A stretch of DNA of 64,000 bases, taken from NCBI GenBank assembly GCA_000091205.1, contig AP006488.2; one strand, written 5' to 3'. Shown piece by piece: positions 54,855 to 64,000 of the stretch. The DNA comes from Cyanidioschyzon merolae (lineage: Eukaryota). How positions within the stretch are numbered: position 1 is the stretch's first letter; each line of letters begins with the position of its first letter. The translations under genes were made by a program, and so were the position numbers. The notes beneath the pieces were generated by a model. It was not told the DNA's origin, did no database searches, and saw only the letters and a list, made by a program, of their open reading frames with translations.

Positions 54855-56822
54855 TCATTCCGTGGTGGCTATTTCGCTGATCGACTGCATAGCCAGCTCA
54901 TCTACAGCGCGTTCAAGGAGCGCGTCCAGAAGCAGCGTGCTCCCGTTGATACCGGCAAGCGCAAGTTCCCGGGCAGCCTCGTGATAGAGCTGAGCAGCTC
55001 TCTGCACGCTGCCCCGCACATGTTCCACATAGCCAAGCGCTGACAAGGTATCCGCCCGTGCCAGCGCATCGGACCCAGCGCAGCCCGGGGCAAGTCGAAC
55101 AGCGTGTCCGACCAGTAGCGCTTCTTCGAGCGCTTCGGCAGCTAGGTCTATCGCCTGCAGTCGAATGAGCGCATGTCCAAGATTACTGCAAATGGTTGCC
55201 AGCAGACTACGCGCTTCTTGGCAGCCATAAAACGTGCTCGTGGGATCGCACCAGACGGATGTTGCCGAGGGAGCGTTGGTATCCGAGCTTGTGCTTTGGC
55301 TGTTCTCGATGCCGCTCTGTTGTAGCACAGGTCGTTGGACAGCCGCTTCAGCCTGTTTCTCTGGAGCAAACCCTCCACCACCATCGGAGATGCGATATCT
55401 TTGGTCTAGGCCTAGGCGCATCGACCATGCTTTCTTGTACGCTTGGAGTGGACGTGCTGCCTTTTGAAAATAAGCGACTGCCTCGGCGTACTCCCCGTCC
55501 CGATAGCATAGCACACCGAGTTCATTCCACGGGCGGGAACGCTCGATGCCGTTTGCCAGTGCGTCCTCGTCTGCGTCCGAGTCGGCACTCGAGGTCAATA
55601 CAGGCGCTACTACTACTGCTGCTGCTGCTGCTGCCCGTTCAAAAAAGTTGCGCGCAATTGCCAGATGATTCTGCCGAGCAAACTCCATCCCGACATGAAG
55701 CAGCGGTGTCGGGTCATTCGGTCGGAGACGCATTGCAGTCCGATATGCCGCAAGCGCCTGTTCGCTGTCGTCAACAGCGGCAAAGGCGTGGCCATACGCA
55801 ACCCATACGTATGCAAGATTGCTGTTTAAGAGCGTCGCCTTTTGAAAGTACGCGCGTGATGCATCATATTTCCCCGATGCGAAGTAGTACATGCCAACAG
55901 CGTACCAGGACTCTGCCGCTCGCGGAAATTCCTGCACGAGCTGATGCGCGTACCGGAAGAGGGTGATAAGGTCCTGGTGGTGAGCCAGCAGCGCAACAAA
56001 CAAGGGAAAGCTCCGCTTCAGTTCCAGTTCCTTTCGTTCAGCGACCAAAAATGAGACCAGTCTGTACGCTTCTTGGCAGAAACCGAGGCGCCAGAACCGG
56101 GTAGCGACCATGGTCAAGAAGAAGCAAGGTACCAGGGACCAACGTTTCCGCCAGTCATCGAACCGAAGATCGTTCGCAAGCATGAGATATACCTTCGAAG
56201 GGGAACTATCCTTGGGAAACGGTGTTTCGAATGGCCATAGCGCCTGGAGTGCGATCTGGTCAACAGAGAGTGCCTTGTGCTGAGCACCGGACGACGTGCT
56301 CGGGGGTAAAGCGCCCAGCGGCACTGACGCTACCACCGCGTTGCTATAGAAGAGTCGTTCAAGCGCTTCCACACAGCTTTCGTCAGCCTGCAGTGCTGCA
56401 ATATAGCATTCGCTTGCTTTTTGAGGGTTCTCCAGGGCTTCATACGCATCGCCCACGAGAACGTAATAGGCGGCGATGAGCGGATTCGCGTTCCCGCGTG
56501 CAGCGTCGCGCTCTCCTGTCGTGGATGGGAGGCCACGCTCCTCGAAAATCGCGACCTGGTCCTCGTATAGCCTCAGTTCCGCCAGACATCGAGCTTCGAT
56601 CAAGCGAATAAAAACAGTCTCTTCCAAAGGCAGCCTTGTCCGATAGCGCTCGAGTCGGTGTAGCGCACGCCGCGCCTCACCCGCTGAAAGCAGCGCCTGC
56701 GCGAGCACCTCTACTGCAGCGGGGTTTTCTGGTTCACCTGCAAGCAAACGCTCAGCGTTGTATGCTGCACTTTCGAATCGACCAAGACGCAAGTCTTCTC
56801 GTGCGCGGAGAATATCGCTCAT
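54855..56822 (-). CDS. CDC16: anaphase-promoting complex subunit Cdc16/APC6-like TPR protein
   Basis: The TPR-rich block SWYAVGMYYFASGKYDASRAYFQKATLLNSNLAYVWVAYGHAFAAVDDSEQALAAYRTAMRLRPNDPTPLLHVGMEFARQNHLAIARNFFERA is colinear with the APC6 core (SWFAVGCYY..G....AR.Y..KAT.L....AWIAYGHSFA...E.DQAMAAY.TA..L....P.LYIG.EY). The first ATG is 56820-22 (track start is a TTG). Confidence 0.7.
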   Translation of the reverse strand: MSDILRAREDLRLGRFESAAYNAERLLAGEPENPAAVEVLAQALLSAGEARRALHRLERYRTRLPLEETVFIRLIEARCLAELRLYEDQVAIFEERGLPSTTGERDAARGNANPLIAAYYVLVGDAYEALENPQKASECYIAALQADESCVEALERLFYSNAVVASVPLGALPPSTSSGAQHKALSVDQIALQALWPFETPFPKDSSPSKVYLMLANDLRFDDWRKRWSLVPCFFLTMVATRFWRLGFCQEAYRLVSFLVAERKELELKRSFPLFVALLAHHQDLITLFRYAHQLVQEFPRAAESWYAVGMYYFASGKYDASRAYFQKATLLNSNLAYVWVAYGHAFAAVDDSEQALAAYRTAMRLRPNDPTPLLHVGMEFARQNHLAIARNFFERAAAAAAVVVAPVLTSSADSDADEDALANGIERSRPWNELGVLCYRDGEYAEAVAYFQKAARPLQAYKKAWSMRLGLDQRYRISDGGGGFAPEKQAEAAVQRPVLQQSGIENSQSTSSDTNAPSATSVWCDPTSTFYGCQEARSLLATICSNLGHALIRLQAIDLAAEALEEALLVGHAVRLAPGCAGSDALARADTLSALGYVEHVRGSVQRAAQLYHEAARELALAGINGSTLLLDALLERAVDELAMQSISEIATTE

Positions 56823-57828
56823 CAACGAGCGGGCTGCTCAGCTTCCGTGCGAGTCCTCCAGCGAAAGCGAACAGCCTCTTCGCAAAATACCTGCCACTGC
56901 GTCGCGGCGCACGTGTCCACTGCGGGAGCGCCCGCATCGCTGCGACGCGTTCACGAAGCCTCTGTTCGGGTACCTCAGTGCACAAGGTGCTCCACGCAAG
57001 TGCCTGGGACTCTATGCTGGCTATTGGAAGCACGTGTCTGCTTAGGAGAATCTAGTTTGCGTTATGCATCCTGCTCGTCATGAGAAACGCTGCCAATAGC
57101 CGACAATTGCGTCTCTGGGGGCATCACGGTTTTGTTATGCATGCCGCTTATCATGAGAAGAAAAGCCACTCGTCCGTGACCCAGTATCCAGAAACCGCGC
57201 TGTGCTTGTCCGCCGTGCAAATCCTGCATGCGCTGCATCCCGTGTCTTCGAACTGCACCCCATCAGGGGGCATGAAATCCTTCGCGTCGCTCTTTTTCTC
57301 AGAACCGGCAAAGACCGACCGATTTCGCGTGCATATACCGTGAACCTGGTGCATACGCATCTCATCGTCAAATGATAGCTTCCACCAGCACCACCAGCAT
57401 CACCAACGCTGGAAATACCTTCTATGAACAGCATCGACGGGCGAGGCGGTGCGCCTGGGAGCAGCGCATCGCAGCAATTGCCGCCATAGGCGCCGCCTCT
57501 CCAGCGTCCGTTGCATCACACAGTGCCGTGGCGGCGACTGCCGCTGCTGCTGCTCTTCGGCGAGAAACGTCCCGATGCAATCGCGCTGGCGCACGCATAC
57601 ACGCATCGATGGATGTGCACGCATGCGCCTGGACACGTGTGCATGGCTGGGCAGCGCACGCATCCGTTTCTGCGCGCCGCCTTGGTAGTCTAATTGGGTT
57701 AAAGTGTCTGTTTTGCGGCTCGGGAGGCCTTTCTGTACACCAGCAACCTCTTGAGCGTTGTTTGTTGGCTTGTTGGGTAAAGAGGTACTTCACCGGAGAA
57801 TAGTTTGTGGAGGTTGCTGCGTTGAAGC

Positions 57829-60800
57829 ATGGCGGCGGCACCTGTTGTTTTCGAGGAGCTGTTCACGCTGCCCTCGGTGGGCATCAGCCCGACGCATATC
57901 AGCTTCAGCAACGTCACCATGGAGTCAGACCGTGTCATCTGCGTTCGGGAGACCTCTGACCAGGGAAATAAGCTGGCGATTATAGATGTTACAAAGCCCG
58001 ACCAGATCGTGCGGCGACCGATAACCGCGGACTCGGCAATAATGAACCCCGAGAGCCGCATCATTGCCCTGAGAGCAGGTGCGCAGATCCAGTTATTCGA
58101 CATCACATCTAAGACGCGTATCAAGTCATACCTGTTGTCAGAGGGCGATATTGTGTTTTGGAAATGGCTCTCTGGGCGCACCTTGGGGATCGTTACTGCG
58201 AACGCGGTGTACAGCTGGTCGATTGACGCTTCGAGCACCGCGCCGCCTGCAAAAGTATTCGATCGACACCCAGCGCTGGCCGCCTGCCAAGTTATTAACT
58301 TAGTTGCTGGTGTAGGTGAACGCTGGTTAGCTCTGGTTGGGATCCGCGCCGACGACACCGCTCCCGGTGGTGTGCTGGGCAAGATCCAGCTGTATGCTGT
58401 GGATCGCGGTGTGAGTCAGATTCTCGATGGCTATGCAGCAGGCTTCTGTGATCGCTACCGGATTGATTCTCAGGATGTTACGGGTACGCATCTGTTCGCG
58501 TTCGCGAGCAAGACCAAATTCCACGTGGTGGAGGTCGCTCAGGATAGGAAGCCAGATGGTGCTCCGCGCTTCGAGAAACGCATCACGAATATCGTATACG
58601 CACCTGGCATGGATAACGATTTTCCCGTGGCATTGCAGGTATCGAGCAAACTGTCGGTGGCGTATCTGCTGACCAAGTACGGCTACATCCATGCGTTTGA
58701 TTTGGAATCGGGCAAGTTGATCTACGCGAATCGCATTAGTGAATCTCCTGTTTTTGTTAGCACATCACACAGAGAGACAGGCGGATTAATAGGAATCAAC
58801 CGACGGGGGCAGGTTCTTGTTTTTGCAATCGACCCATCTCTGGTCGTTGAGTACATCCTGAGGGAGACAAACGACCTGGATCTGGCCATCAAGTTCGCGG
58901 CACGGAATGCGCTGCCCGGTGCAGATGATCTTTTCGCGCAACAATTTCGCCTCCTCTTTGATTCGGGAAAATACCGTGAGGCGGCTCAGGTCGTTGCGGA
59001 ATCGCCTGCTGGGAATCTGCGCACGCCTCAAACCATGGAGATGTTCAAGGCGGCGACACCACAACCGAATGTACCATCGCCTCTCCTTTTGTACTTGCAG
59101 GTGCTCTTGGAGCACGGCAACCTCAACAATGTTGAATCGATCGAACTTGGTCGGCAGGTCGTCGCATATTCCCGGCTGGGTTTGCTTGAGCGATGGATCA
59201 AGGAGAACCGAATCGAATGCTCTGAGGAGCTTGGCGATCTAGTAAGAGCTGCCAACGATCATCGCTTGGCTCTGGCGATTTACCTGAAAGCCGGTGCGCA
59301 TCGCAAGGTGTTTGATGGTCTCATTCAACTCGGCGAATACAAGCGAGCCGCGGAATACGCGAAACGGAATGGTATTCCAGTGGACGCGCTTTCCCTGATC
59401 CAGAGCGCTTTGGCAACCAGCCCAAAGGTCGCGCTCGAGGTCGCGGAGTCGCTGGCAACAGATACCGCAGACCACGCGGCGGTAGCGGACCTGTTTCTGC
59501 AACGCGGGATGGTGCAGGAAGCGACCTCATATCTTTTGGATGTTATGCGCGAGGATCGCCCGGAGCAAGGTGACTTGCAGACCAAAGTCCTTGAGATCAA
59601 CTTGACCTTGGGTGCTCCGCAGGTAGCTGATGCGATACTTGCTCAGGAGATGTATACACATTTTGATAAGCAGCGGATTGCTGTGCTTTGCGAGCGGGCG
59701 GGACTTGCTCAGCGCGCTTTGCAGCTGTACACTCGTCTTAGCGATGTCAAAAGGATACTGGTTACATTGTCGCATGCAATTCAACCGGAGTACTTTCTCT
59801 CAATTTTCGCGAATCTTTCTCCCGACGACAGCCTCGAGCTGCTCGATGAACTATTGACCAACGACTTGCGCGGCAACATACAGCGGGTGGTGCAGGTTGC
59901 CATCCGCTACTCAGATGCTCTGGGACCATCACGTCTGATTGACCTCTTCGAGAAGCACCAGTGCTATGAAGGAATGTATCTGTACCTCGGGGCAATTTTG
60001 GCAACCAGCAAGTCGCCCTATGTCGTTGCCAAATACATCGAAGCAGCCTGTCGAACGCAGCAGTGGTCTGAGGCGGAGCGCGTCACCCGCGAATCGGATC
60101 TGTACAATCCCGAGCAAGTGAAGGAATTGCTCTTTGAATTGAGACCCAAAGACCCTCGTCCGATCATCAATGTGTGCGAAAAAGGCGGTGATGTCGAAGA
60201 CATGGTTCGGTACTTTGTGAAGCAGAATCAGCTTGAAATCGTGAAAGGCTATGTTCAGCGAATCAACCCCGGCAATACGCCAGCCGTCGTGGCTGCGCTA
60301 CTCGACTCTGACAGCTCTTCGGTTGACGACGTCTATATCAAGTCGCTGCTGATGAGCATCAAATCACTGGTGCCTATCGAGGCCGTCACGCAGGTGCTCG
60401 AAGAACGTCAGAAGCTGAAACTGATGCTGCAGTTGCTGGAAGCACTGGTTGCCGAGGGCAGCAAAGACAGAGCGGTTCATACCGCGTTGGCCAAGGTCTA
60501 CGTCGACGCCAACATCAACCCGGAGCATTTCCTCGAGACGAACGAGTTTTATGATGCTCGAATTGTGGGCAACTTTTGTGAACGGCGTGATCCGCTTCTC
60601 GCGTTCATTGCGTACGCGCACGGTGCATGTGATGACGATGTGCTGCGCGTAACAAGCGATCACGGCCTCTGGCGGGAGCAGGCACGCTACGTTATCGAGC
60701 GGATGAACCCGGAACTCTGGGCACGCGTCCTCGAGGAGAGCAACCCCAATCGGAAGACCCTGCTCACGCAGGTAATCGGGTCTGCCCTGATGGAGAATCG

Positions 60801-63009
60801 TAATCCGGAGCAAGTCAGTGCCGCAGTGAAAGCACTCATGCGAGCTGGATTACAGAACGAGCTTCTAGAACTTTTGGAGAAGCTGGTTTTGCAGGCGGGC
60901 GGAACTTTTGCGAACAATACATCTCTCCAAAACCTGCTGCTGTTGACGTCAATTCGATCAGCACCCGAGCGCACCGGTGACTATATTCGCCGCCTGGACG
61001 CGTTTGACGGCGCAACAATCGGCCAGCTGTGCTTGGAGCACGACCTCTACGATGAGGCATTTGCGACTTTCGCCAAGTTCGAAATGCACGTCGAGGCTGT
61101 GAGCGTTCTCATTGACCAAAAGAAGGACATTGTCATGGCGAACGAGTACGCAGCACAGCACGACCGTGCGGATATCTGGGCACGGCTCGGCGACGGCTTG
61201 CTTCGTCTGGGAGAGCTTACCAAGGCCGTTCAAGTGTACATGCGCGCTGGTGTGACCAATCGCTACCGGCCACTGATCCAGGCGTGTCGCAAGACCGGCG
61301 CCTTTGCTGACCTCGCCACATACCTCCAGTTTGTGCGCAGCAAGCAGCTCGGCATTGACGAGGAACTCATCGACAGCGAACTGGTGTACGCGCTTGCCTG
61401 CTGTGATCCTCCAAAGTTGTCACAGTTGGAGGAGCTTCTCGCTTCGCCGCAGTCAGCGGATTTAGACGCTGTCGGGGACCGTCTCTTCAGTGAAGGTAAG
61501 TACGAAGCCGCCCGTTTGTTGTTTGTCGCTGCCAACAACTACGCACGTTTGGCCGAGTGCCTGGTATACATGCGGGAATTTACGGCAGCACTGGAGGCGG
61601 CACGCAAAGCGAACAAACTGCGTACCTGGAAGACTGTTTGCTATGCGTGTGTGGAGGCACAGGAGTTTCGCATTGCAGAGCTGTGCGCGTTGCATCTGAT
61701 TGTGGTCCCCGAGGAGCTCGACGAGGTCATTCGGGTCTACGAGACGCGTGGCTATTTCGATCAGATTATGAGTGTACTGGAGAACGGTCTCGGACTGGAC
61801 AAAGCGCACAATGGCATGTTTACCGAGCTCGCGGTGCTCTATAGCAAGTACGCAGAGCAAAAGGTCATGGAGCACCTCCTCGTTTACTGGTCGCGCTGTA
61901 ATCTGGCCAAAGTCATCCGGGCTCTGGAGAGTGCACACCTGTGGAATGAGCTTTGCTTTGCCCACATGCGGTACGAGGAATACGACGCTGCTGCAATGAT
62001 TATGATGGAACATGCACCACTTGCTTGGTCGCACAAGGGCCTCGAAGAGTGTCTTGCCGCCGTCACTGGCGCCGAAGTCCTCTATCGCGCAGTCTCATTC
62101 TACATGGACGAGCACCCTGATTTGCTCATTGAGCTCTTGGGCGTGCTGCAATCGCGCCTGGACCCGGGCCGCGTGCTCTCCATGGCTCGTCAGCACGGCC
62201 TCGACAAGTTCGGTCCTCTAGGCCACGTTCCCTTGTTGAAGCCGTACATGCTGCGCGTACAGGATAAGAATTTGGCCGAAGTTAATGAAGCGTTGAACGA
62301 AGTCCTCATCATGGAAGAAGACGTGGACGCCCTGGTTCTCTCCGTGGAGCGCTACCCGAACTTTGACCAAATGGCACTGGCTCAGCGTCTGGAGAAACAC
62401 GAGCTCCCGCTCATGCGTCAAGTCGCTGTGCTGCTGCTCCGCCGCAGCCAGAAATACGAACGAGCACTTGAGCTCTGCAAACGAGATATGGCATTCCGGG
62501 AGGCTGCTGAGATCGCCGCAGAATCAGGCTCTGCGAGCCTCGCTGAATCCATAGCGCGCTACTTTTTAGAGAGCAATCTGAAGGAGGCCTTTACCATGGC
62601 CCTGTACTTGTGTTATCCGCTGCTGCGCCCCGATCTTGTTCTGGAGTGGACCTGGCGCTTTGGTGCTTCGGACTATGCGATGCCGTTCTACATCCAAACC
62701 CTGCATGATTACGGGAAACGCTTGGAAGCACTGGAACGTGCAGAGCGCGATCATCGAACCACGAATCGCAAGGAGCGCACGAACGCTGCCAGCGGCTCGG
62801 AGTCGTTGCTGCGCAGTCTGACGGCATCGACACCGATGCTTATGGCGGGCACGCCACCAACTGGACCGACGCCGCCCTCGAGTCTCTACTTTGGCGCTAG
62901 TGGACCGGTGCCGTCGATGCGCATGCCATCTCCTGCGGCGTCTGCACCAGCAGCAGCGGGTATGGCAGGGAATAGCGCACGCGGCCGCAATCCGTATTTC
63001 GGAACGTAA
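57829..63009 (+). CDS. CHC: clathrin heavy chain (1726 aa, single exon)
   Basis: N-terminal beta-propeller (ISFSNVTMESDRVICVRE...KLAIIDV...IMNPESRIIALRAGAQIQLFDI...SYLLSEGDIVFWKWLS), then the alpha-solenoid CHCR repeats and C-terminal trimerisation/proximal region. ATG at 57829. Confidence 0.95.
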   Translation: MAAAPVVFEELFTLPSVGISPTHISFSNVTMESDRVICVRETSDQGNKLAIIDVTKPDQIVRRPITADSAIMNPESRIIALRAGAQIQLFDITSKTRIKSYLLSEGDIVFWKWLSGRTLGIVTANAVYSWSIDASSTAPPAKVFDRHPALAACQVINLVAGVGERWLALVGIRADDTAPGGVLGKIQLYAVDRGVSQILDGYAAGFCDRYRIDSQDVTGTHLFAFASKTKFHVVEVAQDRKPDGAPRFEKRITNIVYAPGMDNDFPVALQVSSKLSVAYLLTKYGYIHAFDLESGKLIYANRISESPVFVSTSHRETGGLIGINRRGQVLVFAIDPSLVVEYILRETNDLDLAIKFAARNALPGADDLFAQQFRLLFDSGKYREAAQVVAESPAGNLRTPQTMEMFKAATPQPNVPSPLLLYLQVLLEHGNLNNVESIELGRQVVAYSRLGLLERWIKENRIECSEELGDLVRAANDHRLALAIYLKAGAHRKVFDGLIQLGEYKRAAEYAKRNGIPVDALSLIQSALATSPKVALEVAESLATDTADHAAVADLFLQRGMVQEATSYLLDVMREDRPEQGDLQTKVLEINLTLGAPQVADAILAQEMYTHFDKQRIAVLCERAGLAQRALQLYTRLSDVKRILVTLSHAIQPEYFLSIFANLSPDDSLELLDELLTNDLRGNIQRVVQVAIRYSDALGPSRLIDLFEKHQCYEGMYLYLGAILATSKSPYVVAKYIEAACRTQQWSEAERVTRESDLYNPEQVKELLFELRPKDPRPIINVCEKGGDVEDMVRYFVKQNQLEIVKGYVQRINPGNTPAVVAALLDSDSSSVDDVYIKSLLMSIKSLVPIEAVTQVLEERQKLKLMLQLLEALVAEGSKDRAVHTALAKVYVDANINPEHFLETNEFYDARIVGNFCERRDPLLAFIAYAHGACDDDVLRVTSDHGLWREQARYVIERMNPELWARVLEESNPNRKTLLTQVIGSALMENRNPEQVSAAVKALMRAGLQNELLELLEKLVLQAGGTFANNTSLQNLLLLTSIRSAPERTGDYIRRLDAFDGATIGQLCLEHDLYDEAFATFAKFEMHVEAVSVLIDQKKDIVMANEYAAQHDRADIWARLGDGLLRLGELTKAVQVYMRAGVTNRYRPLIQACRKTGAFADLATYLQFVRSKQLGIDEELIDSELVYALACCDPPKLSQLEELLASPQSADLDAVGDRLFSEGKYEAARLLFVAANNYARLAECLVYMREFTAALEAARKANKLRTWKTVCYACVEAQEFRIAELCALHLIVVPEELDEVIRVYETRGYFDQIMSVLENGLGLDKAHNGMFTELAVLYSKYAEQKVMEHLLVYWSRCNLAKVIRALESAHLWNELCFAHMRYEEYDAAAMIMMEHAPLAWSHKGLEECLAAVTGAEVLYRAVSFYMDEHPDLLIELLGVLQSRLDPGRVLSMARQHGLDKFGPLGHVPLLKPYMLRVQDKNLAEVNEALNEVLIMEEDVDALVLSVERYPNFDQMALAQRLEKHELPLMRQVAVLLLRRSQKYERALELCKRDMAFREAAEIAAESGSASLAESIARYFLESNLKEAFTMALYLCYPLLRPDLVLEWTWRFGASDYAMPFYIQTLHDYGKRLEALERAERDHRTTNRKERTNAASGSESLLRSLTASTPMLMAGTPPTGPTPPSSLYFGASGPVPSMRMPSPAASAPAAAGMAGNSARGRNPYFGT

Positions 63010-63480
63010 CTCGAATACAAGTAAAGAGAGATCGGGCGCAGAGCTGATCACCGAAGAGACCTGCACATACAAACAGGCGCATTTGAATACGTCTTTCATC
63101 GGTAGGTGCACGGTGCACTGTTCGGGAGCGCACACGCTGGAAGCAAGCTCGCTTCTCGAAGGCGTGTAGCGCGATCTCGGAATACCGCATATCGATACGC
63201 ATGTTTGCGTGGAGGAGGACGCGTGCGCGAACCCAGACGCCGAAGCGAACCTTGGGGTCTGTTCGCAGTGGCGGCGAAACTAGTCGTGGCGGGGAATGGT
63301 CTCCGACTGCTTCATGTTACGCTCACGTATCCCCTGCTTGTAGAACGCCGGTCTACTGTTTCTCTAGCCCTGTTGTCAGCAGTCGAAGATGACGGATGCT
63401 CGTGTTCATTCCCCTGCTTTCGCTGCATACAGCCGTTGTCGACGCATATGGTGCTCAGGCGGACGTTGCTATGTACGCAT

Positions 63481-63788
63481 CGCTTGCCATGTTCTTCGTG
63501 TTTGTATATAAGTCAGTGCGTTTGTTGCAGCGTTGACACCTGCATGTGGTCAGGTGTCGCTTGCCATGTTCTTCGTGTTTGTATATAAGTCAGTGCGTTT
63601 GTTGCAGCGTTGACACCTGCATGTGGTCAGGTGTCGCTTGCCATGTTCTTCGTGTTTGTATATAAGTCAGTGCGTTTGTTGCAGCGTTGACACCTGCATG
63701 TGGTCAGGTGTCGCTTGCCATGTTCTTCGTGTTTGTATATAAGTCAGTGCGTTTGTTGCAGCGGTGACACCTGCATGTGGTCAGGTGT
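63481..63788. repeat. 77-bp tandem repeat x4 (cgcttgccatgttcttcgtgtttgtatataagtcagtgcgtttgttgcagcgttgacacctgcatgtggtcaggtgt), each unit carrying TGTATATAAG
   Basis: Units at 63481, 63558, 63635 and 63712 are near-identical (unit 4 has cgg for cgt). A partial degenerate copy sits upstream. The array lies 470 bp downstream of the clathrin stop. Confidence 0.9.
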
Positions 63789-64000
63789 CCAGCGTATGTC
63801 CATCGCGCCGCCACCGAGTCGTCAGAAACCCATATTGCAGGGAATCATTCCTTGCCGCAGCGCTCGGTACGTGCACTTGAGGCCTACAGAAGGCCTCCAT
63901 CGATGTCCTAGTCGGTTTCCGCGGCAGGTGCCGTTGCCAACGATCACCAGCTTGTTTTATTTCTAGACGGAACCCAGAGTGAGCACTCTGTCTGCTGCCC

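Noticed and set aside
63481-63788. Tandem identical repeats considered as a CRISPR-like array
   Set aside because: The units are contiguous, with no unique spacers between them, and the context is eukaryotic. It is a minisatellite.
63106-63966. Cys-rich ORFs (…LPCSSCLYISQCVCCSVDTCMWSGV…) that looked like a repetitive small cysteine-rich protein
   Set aside because: They cross the 77-bp tandem repeat, and 77 is not a multiple of 3, so the peptide repeat cannot be maintained in frame. They are an artefact of the minisatellite.

Overview
This window looks like nuclear DNA from a GC-rich (about 55-58%), largely intron-poor, plastid-bearing eukaryote. The main pointer is a DXS (MEP-pathway) gene carrying a transit-peptide-like N-terminal extension, and the organism could be a unicellular alga; I cannot name it. 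About 15 protein genes sit in single long ORFs, separated by gene-poor stretches of 2-5 kb. Those I recognise are: an adaptin (partial, off the left edge), SmD1, a Gfo/Idh/MocA oxidoreductase, an Rpa43-like protein, DXS, a Cho2-type two-domain PE N-methyltransferase, a TLC-domain membrane protein, TATA-binding protein, an FGGY sugar kinase, glycine-cleavage H protein, a CK1-family kinase with unusual C-terminal tandem repeats, a 7-bladed beta-propeller lactonase, APC6/Cdc16 and clathrin heavy chain. I found no rRNA, confident tRNA or CRISPR. The most interesting content is a family of eukaryotic TnpB-like (Fanzor / OMEGA-type) RuvC nuclease elements. One near-complete copy at about 49.4-52.1 kb has RuvC-I/II/III and zinc-finger motifs, sits in a lower-GC island, and has hairpins and a 28-bp duplication at its 3' end. 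Two decayed 3'-end remnants at about 3.7-4.2 kb and 12.8-13.4 kb share roughly 75% nucleotide identity with each other and with copy C over the RuvC-III / 3' module. One remnant abuts a Tc1/mariner-type DDE transposase pseudogene. Other notable structure includes a 77-bp x4 TATA-containing minisatellite after the clathrin gene, a repeated motif upstream of the PEMT gene, a dispersed 27-bp motif and several simple repeats. One caveat: the supplied ORF track marks alternative starts (TTG/GTG) as M, for example at 52019, 19729 and 23692, so I placed starts at the first ATG where that mattered.
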